From an uncultured Gemmatimonadales bacterium (GTDB taxonomy: Bacteria; Gemmatimonadota; Gemmatimonadetes; Gemmatimonadales; GWC2-71-9), in assembly GCA_963697065.1 (NCBI GenBank), contig CAVOMQ010000003.1, positions 43,974 to 107,973 of the forward strand: a DNA stretch of 64,000 nucleotides. The letters are read 5' to 3'. Of this stretch, positions 28,901 through 39,274 are shown one piece after another. The translations under genes and the position numbers were made by a program. The notes under the pieces are model-generated. The model was given only the letters and a program-made list of their open reading frames with translations. It was not told the DNA's origin and searched no databases. Position 1 is the stretch's first letter. Every line of letters begins with the position of its first letter.

Positions 28901-29866
28901 TGTCGCGTTGGCCACACCCGCCGCGACCCCGGACCGCAGCAGCGCCCAGAGCGGCACCAGCAGCGCGGCGGCGCGGGGGCCCACCTGCCGCGCCGTCATC
29001 AGCACCAGCACCGCCAGGGCAATCAGGCCGGCGGCAACAATCCAGCGCGCCACGCCCGCTTCGCCAGCCACATACGCTGCCGAATCGGGCGCCACCGGTT
29101 GCATCGCCCGCTCGACCCCGGGGATCGCGGCAGGTGCGCCATCGAACGCAACCACGGAGTCGCCCGGGGCATCCCACCTCCAGTGAACCCCCTGCCATGT
29201 CCCCGCCTGGCTGGCCAGTGACGGCCCGGCGGACGGCAATGCCGGCAACGCATCGAGCAGAAGCGTCGCCTGGGCGACCCGTGTCCCCAGCCGCTCCTGC
29301 AGCACCAGCACATGCGCAAACGGCGTCGCGTCGAGCCAGGCCGCGGTATTCCGCGGTTCCGGCGGCGTCCGCTGGGGACCCGCCACGGCCACGACCGTGT
29401 CGCCTCCGAGCACGGCCAGCGCCATTTCGACCGGCGCACCGCGAACCAGGTCATCGAGCGGTGGCACTTCCTCTGGAGCCCGATTGGCCGCACGTTGCAG
29501 TGCCATCCGCGCCGCGCGCGCGGCGTCGTCGACGGCGGCGCCGAGGCGACGGTTGCGGACGGCGGTAGCATCACGCACCGCCTCTTCGACGAGAATGCGG
29601 GCGTGGACCACCACGTGCGCCAGCCGGACGGTGGCTGCGCCAAGACCGAGGAGCAGGAGCATGAGGCCGACCGCCGTCCCCCGGGCGCGTTCGACCCGGA
29701 ACCACGCGATCCAGGCCAACGCACCGGCCGCCGCCGTCGCGGCCGCCAGCCATGGCCAGGTGGCCAGGCGGGCTGCTTCGCCGGCCAGCACGACGACGGC
29801 ACCAGCGGCGATCCAGAACCCCGTCTCCGGCCGCCGCGGTGTTGATGTAGCACTCTGAAACTTCAC
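25934..29866 (-). CDS. Large multi-TM sensor histidine kinase (NtrY-like)
   Basis: H-box AHEIKNPLTP, N-box NLLDNA, G boxes DNGPGI and GTGLGL; HAMP/PAS-like region; many TMs. Start uncertain. Confidence 0.9.
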   Translation of the reverse strand: MKFQSATSTPRRPETGFWIAAGAVVVLAGEAARLATWPWLAAATAAAGALAWIAWFRVERARGTAVGLMLLLLGLGAATVRLAHVVVHARILVEEAVRDATAVRNRRLGAAVDDAARAARMALQRAANRAPEEVPPLDDLVRGAPVEMALAVLGGDTVVAVAGPQRTPPEPRNTAAWLDATPFAHVLVLQERLGTRVAQATLLLDALPALPSAGPSLASQAGTWQGVHWRWDAPGDSVVAFDGAPAAIPGVERAMQPVAPDSAAYVAGEAGVARWIVAAGLIALAVLVLMTARQVGPRAAALLVPLWALLRSGVAAGVANATLIEAVLVTAAIAELAIIAWRRTTRRTVVGGTVAAIQLAASPWLVAAGARALIPLGELQSSPTWFLWEVIVAVAAASYLALANVLLRNPDDPARTPWFGRLAIVTALIVGAAGVEGWSPSGWAVWYVVLWAVPLGLLLAPAPPRIRLAAVATCAVTLAGLATWSASLQRTMALASTDLARLDATSDTLAVNALDSFAATAQAAHATRLDRLYAAWRSSPLWRDGFPSYLSLWDSTGHQLDEVPLDSLSVSWYDLAPLVRSVGDTAVIVSLARGAGHHDVLVLPLTPDTIATVMVGPRSHLLVPTVFGQLTGWRSTATPSYRVDVIPAAAASPDTAFYRTNRFIRTDRVVTGGEFPRTVRAEIEIAKPAQYAVRAVLVTILDLVVVGAVWFGLQWLFGHWRPPGAPVFRRSYRRMIATALMAFFIVPAALFTLWSVYRLRLSAADQRADDLEATLRDVTVNGGLSIADAPRPDHDSLALVADDVSAELGVYRDSRLITASNPILEQLGLLPAAINPPSHAATALGPANLSNSLPSGRARVGVQATARPATLIAAVLPGGETDFEGGQVDLAMLLVLTTLAGAGAAIVVAGRVADGLGQPIDTLRRTALAIGRGEAAPPAEPIPAEFVPVFGAISQMEHDLRASESELRAGRARTAAILATVATGVVGVDSAGVVTHANPRTTELLGVHVQPGRPIREQLPAPWSPIADGVDRLLRRQTRTPESFEFAVEMRRFDVTLAPLVDGGLVLALTDITEAARAARVLAWGEMARQVAHEIKNPLTPMRLGLQHLRRVSQEAKATVDPDLRQLVDDTVTRLLAEIERLDRIARSFARYGAPPDRSVAPLEPIDLLAVSEEIAGLYGLGSDGLRIDVTGNDGEVGPVRARREELVQVLLNLLDNARQAGADRVRLVVGSNALDIEDNGPGIPADQLGRIFEPSFSTRTSGTGLGLAIVRRLVEGWGATIGAESGPGRGAAFRIRFVPAQSAGPGDGE

Positions 29867-29921
29867 TGGCTGGTCACCGTAAGTGGCCACGGCATCACCC
29901 ATTGACCGGTAAGGACGGAAC

Positions 29922-31463
29922 ATGACGAAGCTTCGTCTCGGGTGCACTCTGGCATTCTCGCTCGCCTCTGCCATGGCGCCGCTCGCGGCGCAGACGGGAG
30001 GGGTCCTGGTTCCCCGGCAGCTCTCCCTGGCCGACGCCGTCCGGTTGGCCAAGAGCTACAGCCCGGTCTACCGCACCGCCGAGAACAATGCCGACCCGGC
30101 GGCCGTAGCGGTACGGCAAGCGCAGTTTGCGCTGCTGCCCACGGTCGACGCCGGGGGTTCGGTCGGGTACACCGGCGCCGGTAGTTCGACCTTCGGCGGC
30201 ACGACATTCAATCAGACGTCGCCCTCGCTCACCTCCGGGTATCAGGTGACGGCGAGCTGGTCGCTGTCGCCGTCGACCTTCCTCGGACCGGCCCAGGCGA
30301 AGGCGAACGAGCGCGCCGCCGAATCGAACATCGGCGCGGCCGCCGTCTCCGTCACCAACGACGTCACCACCCAGTACATCACCGCGCTCCGCGCGCAGGC
30401 GACCCTCAAGGTGGCGCAGGACCAGGTGGCCATCTACCAGTCGAACTTCGACCTCGCCCAGGCGCGGTTCCAGGTCGGCCAGGGGACACAGCTCGATGTC
30501 ACCCAGGCCCGTGTCAACCTGACCAATGCCCAGGTGACCGTCGCCCAGGACCAGCAGGCGCTCACCCAGGCAAAGATCACGTTGCTGGAGCACATGGGCG
30601 TGCCGATGATGGACGACGTCGACTCGCTCGACCTGACGGAACAGTTTCCGATGACGGCACCGGCCTTCGACCTCCAGAACCTGCTGTCGATGGCCCACCA
30701 GTCGAACCCGACCATCCAGGCGGCGAGCGACCAGGCGCACGCGGCGCACGTCGGCGTCCGCGCCGCCCAGTATCACTACCTCCCGTCGTTCAACGTCAGC
30801 ACCGGGTTCCGGGGATACACCCAGCAGTTCACCGACGAAAACGTCCTGCTCGGCAATTCGCTCCGCAGTGCTCAGGGCGCCGCGTCGAACTGCAACTTCC
30901 AGAACGAGATCATCCAGCGCCTCACGTCACCGCTGCCGGAAGACAACGGCGGCATCATTGCCGACTGCAACAGCTTTGCCGGCTTGAACAGCAACGGCAC
31001 GGCGCTCGACCCCGCCCGGATCCAGGCGATCAAGTCGGGCAACGAGGTCTTCCCGTTCAGCTTCTCGCAGCAGCCGTGGAGCATTTCGCTCGGCGTCTCG
31101 CTGCCGATCTGGGACGGCTTCTCCCGCTCGCTGCAGATCTCGCAGGCGCGGGCGCAGGCCGACAACGCGGACGAGACGGTGCGGCAGCAACAGCTCGCCA
31201 CCGACGCGCAGATCCAGCAGCAGCTGGTGGCGGTGCGCATTTCGTGGCAGACGGCGCAGATCCAGGACTCCAACCGGGTGCTGGCGCACCAGCAGCTTGA
31301 ACTCGCGCAGGAGAAGTACCGTATCGGAAACGGCACGGCGATCGATGTGGTCACCGCCGAGGGAGCGGTGGCGCAGGCCGAAGGGGCCTGGGTGTCCGCC
31401 GTCTACAACTATCACCTGGCCATCGCGGCGCTCGAAGCCGCGGTCGGCCGGCCGCTGCGGTAA
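29922..31463 (+). CDS. TolC-family outer membrane efflux protein
   Basis: Signal peptide; ARFQVGQGTQLDV and EKYRIGNGTAIDV repeats. Confidence 0.9.
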   Translation: MTKLRLGCTLAFSLASAMAPLAAQTGGVLVPRQLSLADAVRLAKSYSPVYRTAENNADPAAVAVRQAQFALLPTVDAGGSVGYTGAGSSTFGGTTFNQTSPSLTSGYQVTASWSLSPSTFLGPAQAKANERAAESNIGAAAVSVTNDVTTQYITALRAQATLKVAQDQVAIYQSNFDLAQARFQVGQGTQLDVTQARVNLTNAQVTVAQDQQALTQAKITLLEHMGVPMMDDVDSLDLTEQFPMTAPAFDLQNLLSMAHQSNPTIQAASDQAHAAHVGVRAAQYHYLPSFNVSTGFRGYTQQFTDENVLLGNSLRSAQGAASNCNFQNEIIQRLTSPLPEDNGGIIADCNSFAGLNSNGTALDPARIQAIKSGNEVFPFSFSQQPWSISLGVSLPIWDGFSRSLQISQARAQADNADETVRQQQLATDAQIQQQLVAVRISWQTAQIQDSNRVLAHQQLELAQEKYRIGNGTAIDVVTAEGAVAQAEGAWVSAVYNYHLAIAALEAAVGRPLR

Positions 31464-31490
31464 ACGACCCGAAAGGAACGTCACACAGCC

Positions 31491-32777
31491 ATGACTCGCG
31501 GAGCCAAAGTCGGTTTGGGTGTCATCATCGTCGGTGTGGCACTGGCCGGCATCTCGGTCAGGACGCGCGCCAACCGTGGCCAGGTGGTCGCCGTGCGGAT
31601 GGAACCGGTCGCGCAGCGCGATCTGGTGGCGGTGGTGACCGCCAGCGGCCAGATCGAGGCCAAGAGCGACGTCGACGTGTCGTCGGACGTGCAGGCGCGG
31701 ATCAACACGATCCACGTCAAGGAAGGCGACTTTGTCCGCAAGGGCGAGCTGCTGGTGGAACTCGACCAGTCGCAGTTCAAGGGCGCGGTGGACCGCGGCA
31801 AGGCGGGACTCCTCCAGGTGCAGGCGCTCGAGGCGCAGGCGCTGGCCAATCGTGACCAGGCCAAGCGCACCCTCGACCGGGCGCTCGAGCTGAAGAAGGC
31901 CGCCCCCGGACTGACGACGGACGAATCCGTCGAACAGGCGCAGGACGGGTACGCCGTGGCGAAAGCCAATTATGACGCCGCGGTGGCCAACGTCGACAAC
32001 GCCAAGGCGACGCTCAAGGAAGCCCAGGACAATCTCGATCGCACCATGATCGTCGCGCCGATCGACGGCAAGGTGGTGGAGCTGCCGAAGAAGGAGGGCG
32101 AAGTCGCCGTCCCGGGAACCTTCTCGTCCGAACAGGCTCTGCTGATGCGCATCGCCGACATGTCCACCATCATCGCCAAGGTCAAGGTGGACGAGACCGA
32201 CGTCGTCCGCCTCGCGCTGGGCGACTCGGTGAGCGTGGCCATCGACGCCTTCCCCGACACCACCTTCGCCGGCACCATCACCAAGGTGGGCAACAGCGCG
32301 TCGACGACCACGGCGAGCACCGCGTCAACCGGCAACGGCGACCAGGCGGTGGACTTCGACGTCGAGGTGACGCTCAAGCACCCGCCGAAGGACATCCGCC
32401 CCGATCTCAGCATGACGGCGCGGATCATCACCGACACGCGCCACAACGCGCTGAGCATCCCGATCATCGCGCTCACAGCCCGCCCCGCGAAGGCCGCCGG
32501 CAGCGACACCAGCAAGGCCGCGGCGATCACCACCACCATGAAGCCCGGCGACACCGCCGAGGTGACCAAGGTGAAGGAGCAGGACGGGGTGTTCCTGGTG
32601 CGGAACGGCGTGGCGTACTTCACGCCGGTCAGGGTCGGCATCGCCGGTGACGAGTACTTCGAGGTGCTCGACGGCCTCAAGGAAGGCGACACCGTGGTCT
32701 CGGGCACCTACCAGGCGATCCGCGACATGAAGGACTCGACGAAGGTGAAGGCGGCCCCCGAGGTCAAGACACCATGA
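31491..32777 (+). CDS. Efflux periplasmic adaptor (MacA/HlyD family)
   Basis: [17 protein letters not shown] lipoyl motif, [20 protein letters not shown]. Confidence 0.9.
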   Translation: MTRGAKVGLGVIIVGVALAGISVRTRANRGQVVAVRMEPVAQRDLVAVVTASGQIEAKSDVDVSSDVQARINTIHVKEGDFVRKGELLVELDQSQFKGAVDRGKAGLLQVQALEAQALANRDQAKRTLDRALELKKAAPGLTTDESVEQAQDGYAVAKANYDAAVANVDNAKATLKEAQDNLDRTMIVAPIDGKVVELPKKEGEVAVPGTFSSEQALLMRIADMSTIIAKVKVDETDVVRLALGDSVSVAIDAFPDTTFAGTITKVGNSASTTTASTASTGNGDQAVDFDVEVTLKHPPKDIRPDLSMTARIITDTRHNALSIPIIALTARPAKAAGSDTSKAAAITTTMKPGDTAEVTKVKEQDGVFLVRNGVAYFTPVRVGIAGDEYFEVLDGLKEGDTVVSGTYQAIRDMKDSTKVKAAPEVKTP

Positions 32778-33487
32778 CCGACGCCATCATCCGGCTGCAG
32801 GGGATCACCCGCGAGTATCTCATGGGCAGCGAACGGGTCCATGCGCTCACGGGCGTCGACCTCGAGATCCGTCGCAACGAGTATGTCGCCATCATGGGAC
32901 CCTCGGGCTCGGGCAAGTCGACCATGATGAACGTGCTCGGCTGCCTCGACACGCCGAGCGGCGGCAGCTACTGGCTCAACGGGCACGAAGTCTCGCGCAT
33001 GGTCGATGACGACCTGGCGCGGATCCGCAACCGCGAGATCGGGTTCGTCTTCCAGACGTTCAACCTGCTGCCGCGGGCTTCCGCGCTGGCCAACGTCGAG
33101 CTGCCGCTGGTCTACGCCGGCATGACGTCCCGCGAGCGCCGCCGCCGGTCGGAAGCCGCACTGCAGCGGGTCGGCCTCGGCGACCGGATGCACCACAAGC
33201 CCAACGAGCTTTCCGGCGGACAACGCCAGCGCGTGGCCATCGCCCGGGCCCTGGTCAACCAGCCCTCGATCCTCCTTGCCGACGAGCCCACCGGCAATCT
33301 CGACTCGAGCACCAGTGAAGAGATCATGCGGGTGTTCGGCGCGTTGCACACCCAGGGACAGACGGTGGTGCTGGTGACACACGAAGCGGAGATTGCGGCG
33401 CACGCGCATCGCGTCATCGTGCTGCGCGACGGCCGGATCGACAGTGACCGCCCCGGCACGCCCCGCGGCGGCGCGGCCGCGGCCTGA
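32774..33487 (+). CDS. ABC ATPase (MacB/LolD type)
   Basis: [34 protein letters not shown]. Confidence 0.92.
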   Translation: MTDAIIRLQGITREYLMGSERVHALTGVDLEIRRNEYVAIMGPSGSGKSTMMNVLGCLDTPSGGSYWLNGHEVSRMVDDDLARIRNREIGFVFQTFNLLPRASALANVELPLVYAGMTSRERRRRSEAALQRVGLGDRMHHKPNELSGGQRQRVAIARALVNQPSILLADEPTGNLDSSTSEEIMRVFGALHTQGQTVVLVTHEAEIAAHAHRVIVLRDGRIDSDRPGTPRGGAAAA

Positions 33488-34728
33488 TGCCGTTCTTCGA
33501 AGCGATCCGCCTCGCCCTGGCCTCCATTCGCGCGCAGAAGCTGAAGAGCTTCTTCTCGCTGGTGGGGGTGCTGATCGGCGTCACGTTCCTGATCGCCGTC
33601 GTTTCGATCGTGCAGGGAATGAACGTCTACATGACCGACAAGTTCGCCGGCGCGCTGATCGGCCTGAACACCTTCCAGTTGCGCTCCCGCCCCGACTTCG
33701 TGATGGGCAACGTCACCGAGGACCAGTGGCGGGCGTGGCAGCGGAATCCCCGCATCACGATCGAAGACGCCGCGTACATCGAGTCCCATCTCGCCGTCCC
33801 GGCGCGGTTCGCCCGCGTGGGCTACGACCAGCTGGCGGTGGAGTTCCATGGCCGCAGCGCGAGCGGCATCCAGGTGATCTGCGCCGATCCCGGCATCTTC
33901 GCCATCAAGGGCTACAACATCGGCGACGGCCGGATCTTCACCGAGCAGGAGCAGGACGCCGGATCGCACGTCGTGGTGCTCGGGTGGGAGCTGGCGCAAC
34001 GCCTCTTCGAGGGGCGTGACCCGCTGGGCCAGGCGGTGCAGATCGGCGGCATTCCGCACACGGTGATCGGCGTGGTCGAAAAGCAGGGGAATCTCTTCGG
34101 GTTCTCGCTCGACAAGTTCGCCATCGTTCCGATCACGTCGCCGGTGCGCAACATGGTGAACCGGCCCCACGTGCTCGACGAATTGCAGGTGCAGACGCTC
34201 GACCCGAAGATGATGCAGAACGCGGTGGAGGACGTCACCGTCCTGATGCGCGACCGGCGCGGGCTCAAGCCGGAGCAGCAGAACAATTTCTCGGTCGAAA
34301 CCGCCGAGGCGGCGCTGTCGGAATGGGACAAGATCGCCAACGTGCTCTTCCTGGCGCTTCCCGGGCTGGTGGCGATCTCGCTGGTGGTGGGCGGGATCGT
34401 CATCATGAACATCATGCTGATGGCGGTGGCCGAGCGCACCCGTGAGATCGGCATCCGCAAGGCGCTCGGCGCGCGGCGCCGCGACATCATGTCGCAGTTC
34501 GTGGTCGAAGCGGCGGCGCTGTCGGTGACCGGCGCGCTGTTCGGCATCGCAGCCGGCATCATGCTGGCGTTCATCCTCCGCGCCACCACACCGCTTCCCG
34601 CCGCCGTCGCCCCCTGGTCGATCGCCGTCGGGGTGTCGCTCGGCATCCTCGTCGGCATGGTGGCCGGCGTCTATCCGGCGCGGCAGGCGTCGATGCTCGA
34701 TCCCATCGAAGCGCTGCGGCACGAATGA
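33487..34728 (+). CDS. MacB/FtsX-type ABC permease 1
   Basis: ERTREIGIRKALGARRRDI..QF; C-terminal LDPIEALRHE. Confidence 0.9.
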   Translation: MPFFEAIRLALASIRAQKLKSFFSLVGVLIGVTFLIAVVSIVQGMNVYMTDKFAGALIGLNTFQLRSRPDFVMGNVTEDQWRAWQRNPRITIEDAAYIESHLAVPARFARVGYDQLAVEFHGRSASGIQVICADPGIFAIKGYNIGDGRIFTEQEQDAGSHVVVLGWELAQRLFEGRDPLGQAVQIGGIPHTVIGVVEKQGNLFGFSLDKFAIVPITSPVRNMVNRPHVLDELQVQTLDPKMMQNAVEDVTVLMRDRRGLKPEQQNNFSVETAEAALSEWDKIANVLFLALPGLVAISLVVGGIVIMNIMLMAVAERTREIGIRKALGARRRDIMSQFVVEAAALSVTGALFGIAAGIMLAFILRATTPLPAAVAPWSIAVGVSLGILVGMVAGVYPARQASMLDPIEALRHE

Positions 34729-35984
34729 ATCGCACCCTGGGACGCGGCAACCTCCTGGCGCGGGCCACCGAAGGCATGCGCCTGGCCGTCGACGCGCTCC
34801 GCGCCAGCAAGACGCGGGCGGCGCTCACCATCCTCGGCGTCGCCATCGGCGTGATGGTCGTCGTCGGCATGGCGTCGATGATCACCGGCATCCGCGATTC
34901 GGTCACCAACATTGTCGAACAGGCCGGCCCGACCACGTTCATCGTGCTCCGCTATTTCCAGGCCGGCATTGTGGTCAGCGACGACCGCATGGCGCCGTGG
35001 CGCCACCGTCCCGCGCTCACCGAAGCCGACGCCCGGCTGATCCAGTCCCTTTCCGATGTCGCCGCCGTCAACGTGCACGAATCGGCGAATTCGGAGGTGG
35101 CGTACCGCGACAAGCGGCTCAGCTCGGTGGGGATCGACGGCTACAGCGCCACCTGGATGCAGATCGAGGGCGGCGAACTGCTCGAAGGGCGCAATTTCAC
35201 GCCGACCGAGGCTGACGGTGGCGCGTTCGTGGCGGTCGTCAACGACCAGGCCGTCAAGCAGTTGATGCCCGGCCTCGATCCGATCGGGAAGCAGATCCGG
35301 GTCTTCGGGCTGCCGTTTACGGTGGTCGGCGAATACCGCGACCCCAAGGGCGTCTTCGGCAACAACACCGCCGTGCGCGTCGTCATTCCCCACGAGACGC
35401 TGGTCCACCACGGCGATTACCAGCGCAACTGGATGGATATCGCGGTCTTCCCCGCCGCCAACGTGACGCAGGGCGACGCGATGGATCAGGTCACGTCGGC
35501 GCTGCGGGTGAAGCGCGGCCTGAAACCGGAGCAGGACAACAACTTCGACCTCGTCTCCGGCGACAAGTTCCTGGAGAGCTTCAACAGCATCACCCGTGGG
35601 TTCTTCCTGGTGATGCTGGTCCTCTCCAGCGTCGGGCTGATGGTCGGCGGTGTCGGCGTGGTGGCGATCATGATGATCTCGGTGACCGAGCGCACCCGCG
35701 AAATCGGCATCCGCAAGGCCATCGGTGCGACGCGCGGCGAGATCCTCTTCCAGTTCCTGATCGAGGCGGCGACGCTGACCGTCATCGGCGGGCTGGTGGG
35801 ACTCGCCGCCGGCGCCCTGATCGCGTTCGCCATCGAACACCTCACGCCCATTCCGGCGGTGGTCCCGCTCTGGTCGGTGTTCGCCGCGATCGGGACGTCG
35901 GCGATCACCGGCGTGTTCTTCGGCCTCTACCCCGCCAACCGGGCGGCGCGGCTCGATCCGGTGGACGCGTTGCGGTACGAGTAG
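34725..35984 (+). CDS. MacB/FtsX-type ABC permease 2
   Basis: ERTREIGIRKAIGATRGEI; LDPVDALRYE. Confidence 0.9.
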   Translation: MNRTLGRGNLLARATEGMRLAVDALRASKTRAALTILGVAIGVMVVVGMASMITGIRDSVTNIVEQAGPTTFIVLRYFQAGIVVSDDRMAPWRHRPALTEADARLIQSLSDVAAVNVHESANSEVAYRDKRLSSVGIDGYSATWMQIEGGELLEGRNFTPTEADGGAFVAVVNDQAVKQLMPGLDPIGKQIRVFGLPFTVVGEYRDPKGVFGNNTAVRVVIPHETLVHHGDYQRNWMDIAVFPAANVTQGDAMDQVTSALRVKRGLKPEQDNNFDLVSGDKFLESFNSITRGFFLVMLVLSSVGLMVGGVGVVAIMMISVTERTREIGIRKAIGATRGEILFQFLIEAATLTVIGGLVGLAAGALIAFAIEHLTPIPAVVPLWSVFAAIGTSAITGVFFGLYPANRAARLDPVDALRYE

Positions 35985-36007
35985 CTGGGCCAGCGCTATC
36001 TTCCTCC

Positions 36008-37252
36008 ATGCCCTACCGCGAAGCGCTCCGCCTCGCCCTCGCCACCATCCGCTCCGCCAAACTCCGCTCGTTCTTCACGCTGCTCGGCATCATCGTCTCG
36101 GTGGGCTTTCTGGTCACCGTGGTGGCGATCATCCAGGGCATGAATTCGTATGTCCAGACCAATCTCACCGACGCCATGATCGGCACCAACGCCTTCCAGG
36201 TGCGCCGCACGCCGATCACCGTGGGGCTGCTGAGCGACGAAGAGATGCGGCGCCTGGCGCTGCGCCCGATCATTTCGCGGAGCGACGCCGCAGCGGTGGA
36301 ACGGGCATTACCCGACGCCGAAGCGGTGGCGATGCAGAGCGGCTGGCCGACGCCGATCACCACGGTGGTCTCGGGCAATCAATCGCTCGGCGGCGTGATG
36401 ATCTTCGGCGTCACCCCGCCCTACCAGACCGTCCAGGACTACCGGTTCGCCGCCGGCGAGCCGCTGGTCGATCCCGACGTCCGGGAACGCCGTCCGGTGA
36501 TCGTGGTGGGGTACGACATTGCCGACAAGCTGTTCGCGTCGCCCGCGACCGCCGTCGGCTCGAAGGTCCGGATCGCCGGGCAGGAATTCACCATCAGGGG
36601 CGTCATCGCGCAGAAGGGCAAGACGCTGGGCCAGTCGTTCGACGCGTTCGTGCTCATGCCCATTTCGACGTTCGAATCGATCTGGGGGCCGCGCGAGACC
36701 ACGGTGGTCTCGGTGAAGATGCGCAGCGCGGGCGCGATCCCCGCCGCGATGGACCGCGCCGAAGAGGCGATGCGCATCGCCCATCATCTCCTCCCGACGC
36801 AGGCCGACAACTTCACGGTCGACAAGGCCGACGCGCTGGTGGCGTTCTGGAAGCAGTTGACCGCGCTGCTCTTCGCGGTCATTCCCGCGGTCGTGGGCAT
36901 CGGGATCGTCGTCGGCGGCATCGTCATCATGAATATCATGCTGATGGCGGTGAGCGAACGGACCCGCGAGATCGGGATCCGCAAGGCCGTCGGCGCCAAC
37001 CGCCGCGACATTCACCGGCAGTTCCTGGTCGAGACCGTGATCCTGAGCATGCTGGGCGGTGCCCTCGGCGTCGCCAGCGGCTGGGGCCTGGCACAGCTGG
37101 TGGCGCGGTTCTCCCCGCTGCCCGCCACGGTGACGCTCTGGTCGGTGGTGGTGGCGCTCGCCCTCGGCGCCGGCACCGGTGTCATCTTCGGCGTCTATCC
37201 CGCGGCGCGGGCCGCGCGCCTCGACCCGATCGTGGCGCTGCGGCAGGAATAG
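36008..37252 (+). CDS. MacB/FtsX-type ABC permease 3
   Basis: ERTREIGIRKAVGA; LDPIVALRQE. Confidence 0.9.
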   Translation: MPYREALRLALATIRSAKLRSFFTLLGIIVSVGFLVTVVAIIQGMNSYVQTNLTDAMIGTNAFQVRRTPITVGLLSDEEMRRLALRPIISRSDAAAVERALPDAEAVAMQSGWPTPITTVVSGNQSLGGVMIFGVTPPYQTVQDYRFAAGEPLVDPDVRERRPVIVVGYDIADKLFASPATAVGSKVRIAGQEFTIRGVIAQKGKTLGQSFDAFVLMPISTFESIWGPRETTVVSVKMRSAGAIPAAMDRAEEAMRIAHHLLPTQADNFTVDKADALVAFWKQLTALLFAVIPAVVGIGIVVGGIVIMNIMLMAVSERTREIGIRKAVGANRRDIHRQFLVETVILSMLGGALGVASGWGLAQLVARFSPLPATVTLWSVVVALALGAGTGVIFGVYPAARAARLDPIVALRQE

Positions 37253-37255
37253 CCG

Positions 37256-38503
37256 ATGAACCTCCGGGTCCGCAACATCGGCGAAGGGGTGCTGCTGGCC
37301 ATCGACGCCATGCGCACCAACAAGCTGCGGTCGGCGCTGACCGTGCTGGGCGTGGTGATCGGCGTCACCACCGTGATGATGATGGCGTCGCTGGTCGAAG
37401 GGATCCGCAGCCAGATCTTCGCGACGATCGAAACGGCGTCGCCGGAGACGTTCTACGTGATCCGCTTCTTTTCGTCGACCCCGCTCAATCCGCAGAACCT
37501 CCCCGCCGAGGTCCGCGCCCGCCCGGTGGTGAACGAACGCGACGCCGCCGCCATCGCCCGACTTCCCGAGATCGCGCACGCCGGGCTCTGGGTCCAGGTG
37601 CAGCAGCGGATGGACTACTACGGCGTGCATTCCCAGACGCTGATCATCTGGGGCGCCGACGACAACTATCTCGACGTGCAGGGCGGCAACCTGCTCGAAG
37701 GCCGGTGGTTCTCGAAGGCCGAACTGAACGCGGGCGAACAGGTCATGGTCATCGCGTCCGACGTGGCCGACCATCTGTTCGGCAGTCTCGACCCGCTCGG
37801 CAAGGTGGTGCGAGTCGGCGGCCGGTCGTTCACCATCATCGGAGTCTTCGCCCGGCCCGACAACATCTTCCAGCCGCCTGGCCAGACCGACGGCGGCGTG
37901 GCCCCGTTCCGCGCCATCAAGCAGCTCTTCCACTACGACGACACCAACGCCCTGTTCATCGTGGTGCTCGCCAAGCGGGGCGTCGATCTCGACATCGCCA
38001 AGGACGCCACCATCGCCGCACTGCGCCGGGTCCGGGGCCTCAAACCGGGCGCGCCGAACTCCTTCGACGTGCTGACCCAGGACCAGATCCTCGGCGTCGT
38101 CGACAAGCTGACGTCGGCGTTCTTCCTGGTGATGATCGCGCTCTCGAGCGTCGCGCTGCTGGTCGGCGGCATCGGGGTGATGGCAATCATGATGGTGTCG
38201 GTCACCGATCGCACCCGCGAAATCGGCGTGCGCAAGGCCCTCGGTGCCACCCACGGTGAAATCCTCTGGCAGTTCCTCGTCGAAGCAGCGACGCTCACCG
38301 CCACCGGCGGACTGCTTGGCATCCTGGTCGGCATCCTCGCCGGTGAAGGGCTCAAGGCGTTGCTCCATATCGAGGCCGCACCGCCGCTCTGGAGCGCCGT
38401 CGTCGCCACCGGCGTCTCCATCATGATCGGCCTGGTCTTCGGCATCGTGCCGGCGAATCGGGCGGCGCGGATGGATCCGGTGGAGGCGTTGAGGTACGAG
38501 TAG
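37256..38503 (+). CDS. MacB/FtsX-type ABC permease 4
   Basis: DRTREIGVRKALGA; MDPVEALRYE. Confidence 0.9.
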   Translation: MNLRVRNIGEGVLLAIDAMRTNKLRSALTVLGVVIGVTTVMMMASLVEGIRSQIFATIETASPETFYVIRFFSSTPLNPQNLPAEVRARPVVNERDAAAIARLPEIAHAGLWVQVQQRMDYYGVHSQTLIIWGADDNYLDVQGGNLLEGRWFSKAELNAGEQVMVIASDVADHLFGSLDPLGKVVRVGGRSFTIIGVFARPDNIFQPPGQTDGGVAPFRAIKQLFHYDDTNALFIVVLAKRGVDLDIAKDATIAALRRVRGLKPGAPNSFDVLTQDQILGVVDKLTSAFFLVMIALSSVALLVGGIGVMAIMMVSVTDRTREIGVRKALGATHGEILWQFLVEAATLTATGGLLGILVGILAGEGLKALLHIEAAPPLWSAVVATGVSIMIGLVFGIVPANRAARMDPVEALRYE

Positions 38504-38528
38504 AGCCCAGAGCCCAGGGCTCTGGGCT
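38504..38528 (+). terminator. REP-like hairpin / terminator after the efflux operon
   Basis: AGCCCAGAGCC-cag-GGCTCTGGGCT (11-bp stem) followed by ATTTT. Confidence 0.6.
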
Positions 38529-38539
38529 ATTTTCCCCCC

Positions 38540-39256
38540 ATGTCCGTTGACCTGCTCGCCATCATGGCCCATCCCGACGACGCCGAACTGGTCTGCGGCG
38601 GCACGCTGGCGCGCGCCGCCGAACAGGGCCATCGCGTCGGCATCGTCGACCTCACCCGCGGCGAACTCGGCTCGCGCGGCACACCCGAGCTCCGGGCAAA
38701 GGAGGCGGCGGAGGCCGCCGAAATACTCGGCGTGGTCGAACGTCGCAACGCGGGGCTGCGCGACGGCCACCTCACGAACGATGACACCAGCCGCCGCGTG
38801 GTTGTCGAACTGCTGCGCGTCCTCCGGCCGCGCACCGTCATCCTGCAGTACATCAACGGCCGCCACCCGGATCATCGCGTCGCCTCCGAGCTGATCCGCG
38901 ACGCCAGCTTTCTCGCCGGACTCACGAACTATCCCGCCGACGGCGACAAGTTCCGGCCCGACAAGCTGTGTTATGCGCTGAGCTTCCGCGAAGACGTCGT
39001 CAAGCCGAGCTTCGTGGTGGACATCAGCGCGCAGTTCGAGAAGAAACTGCGCGCCGTGGCCTGCTTCGCGTCCCAGTTCGCGGGGGTGCGCCAGGCGGGA
39101 GAGCTCTATCCGACCGGCCAGCCGTTCGCGGACCTGATCGCCACGCAGAACGGCCACTACGGATCCCTGATCCGGGTGCGCTACGGAGAACCCTTCTGGA
39201 CGCCGGAGGCGATGGCGGTGGACGACGTGGTGACGCTGGGGGTCTCCAGCCTGTAG
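38540..39256 (+). CDS. bshB1: Bacillithiol biosynthesis deacetylase BshB1 (PIG-L family)
   Basis: AHPDDAEL, VDLTRGELGSRGTPELRAKEA, RHPDH motifs; C-terminal RYGEPF. Confidence 0.8.
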   Translation: MSVDLLAIMAHPDDAELVCGGTLARAAEQGHRVGIVDLTRGELGSRGTPELRAKEAAEAAEILGVVERRNAGLRDGHLTNDDTSRRVVVELLRVLRPRTVILQYINGRHPDHRVASELIRDASFLAGLTNYPADGDKFRPDKLCYALSFREDVVKPSFVVDISAQFEKKLRAVACFASQFAGVRQAGELYPTGQPFADLIATQNGHYGSLIRVRYGEPFWTPEAMAVDDVVTLGVSSL

Positions 39257-39274
39257 CCGCTCCGGTATCAACAT

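Noticed and set aside
38540-39256. bshB1 outside Firmicutes as a novelty
   Set aside because: Bacillithiol-pathway genes are already known from several non-Firmicute phyla.
26993-39274. Very long opposite-strand ORFs (26993..29221, 33112..34722, 36308..39274)
   Set aside because: Shadow ORFs typical of high-GC coding DNA opposite well-supported genes.
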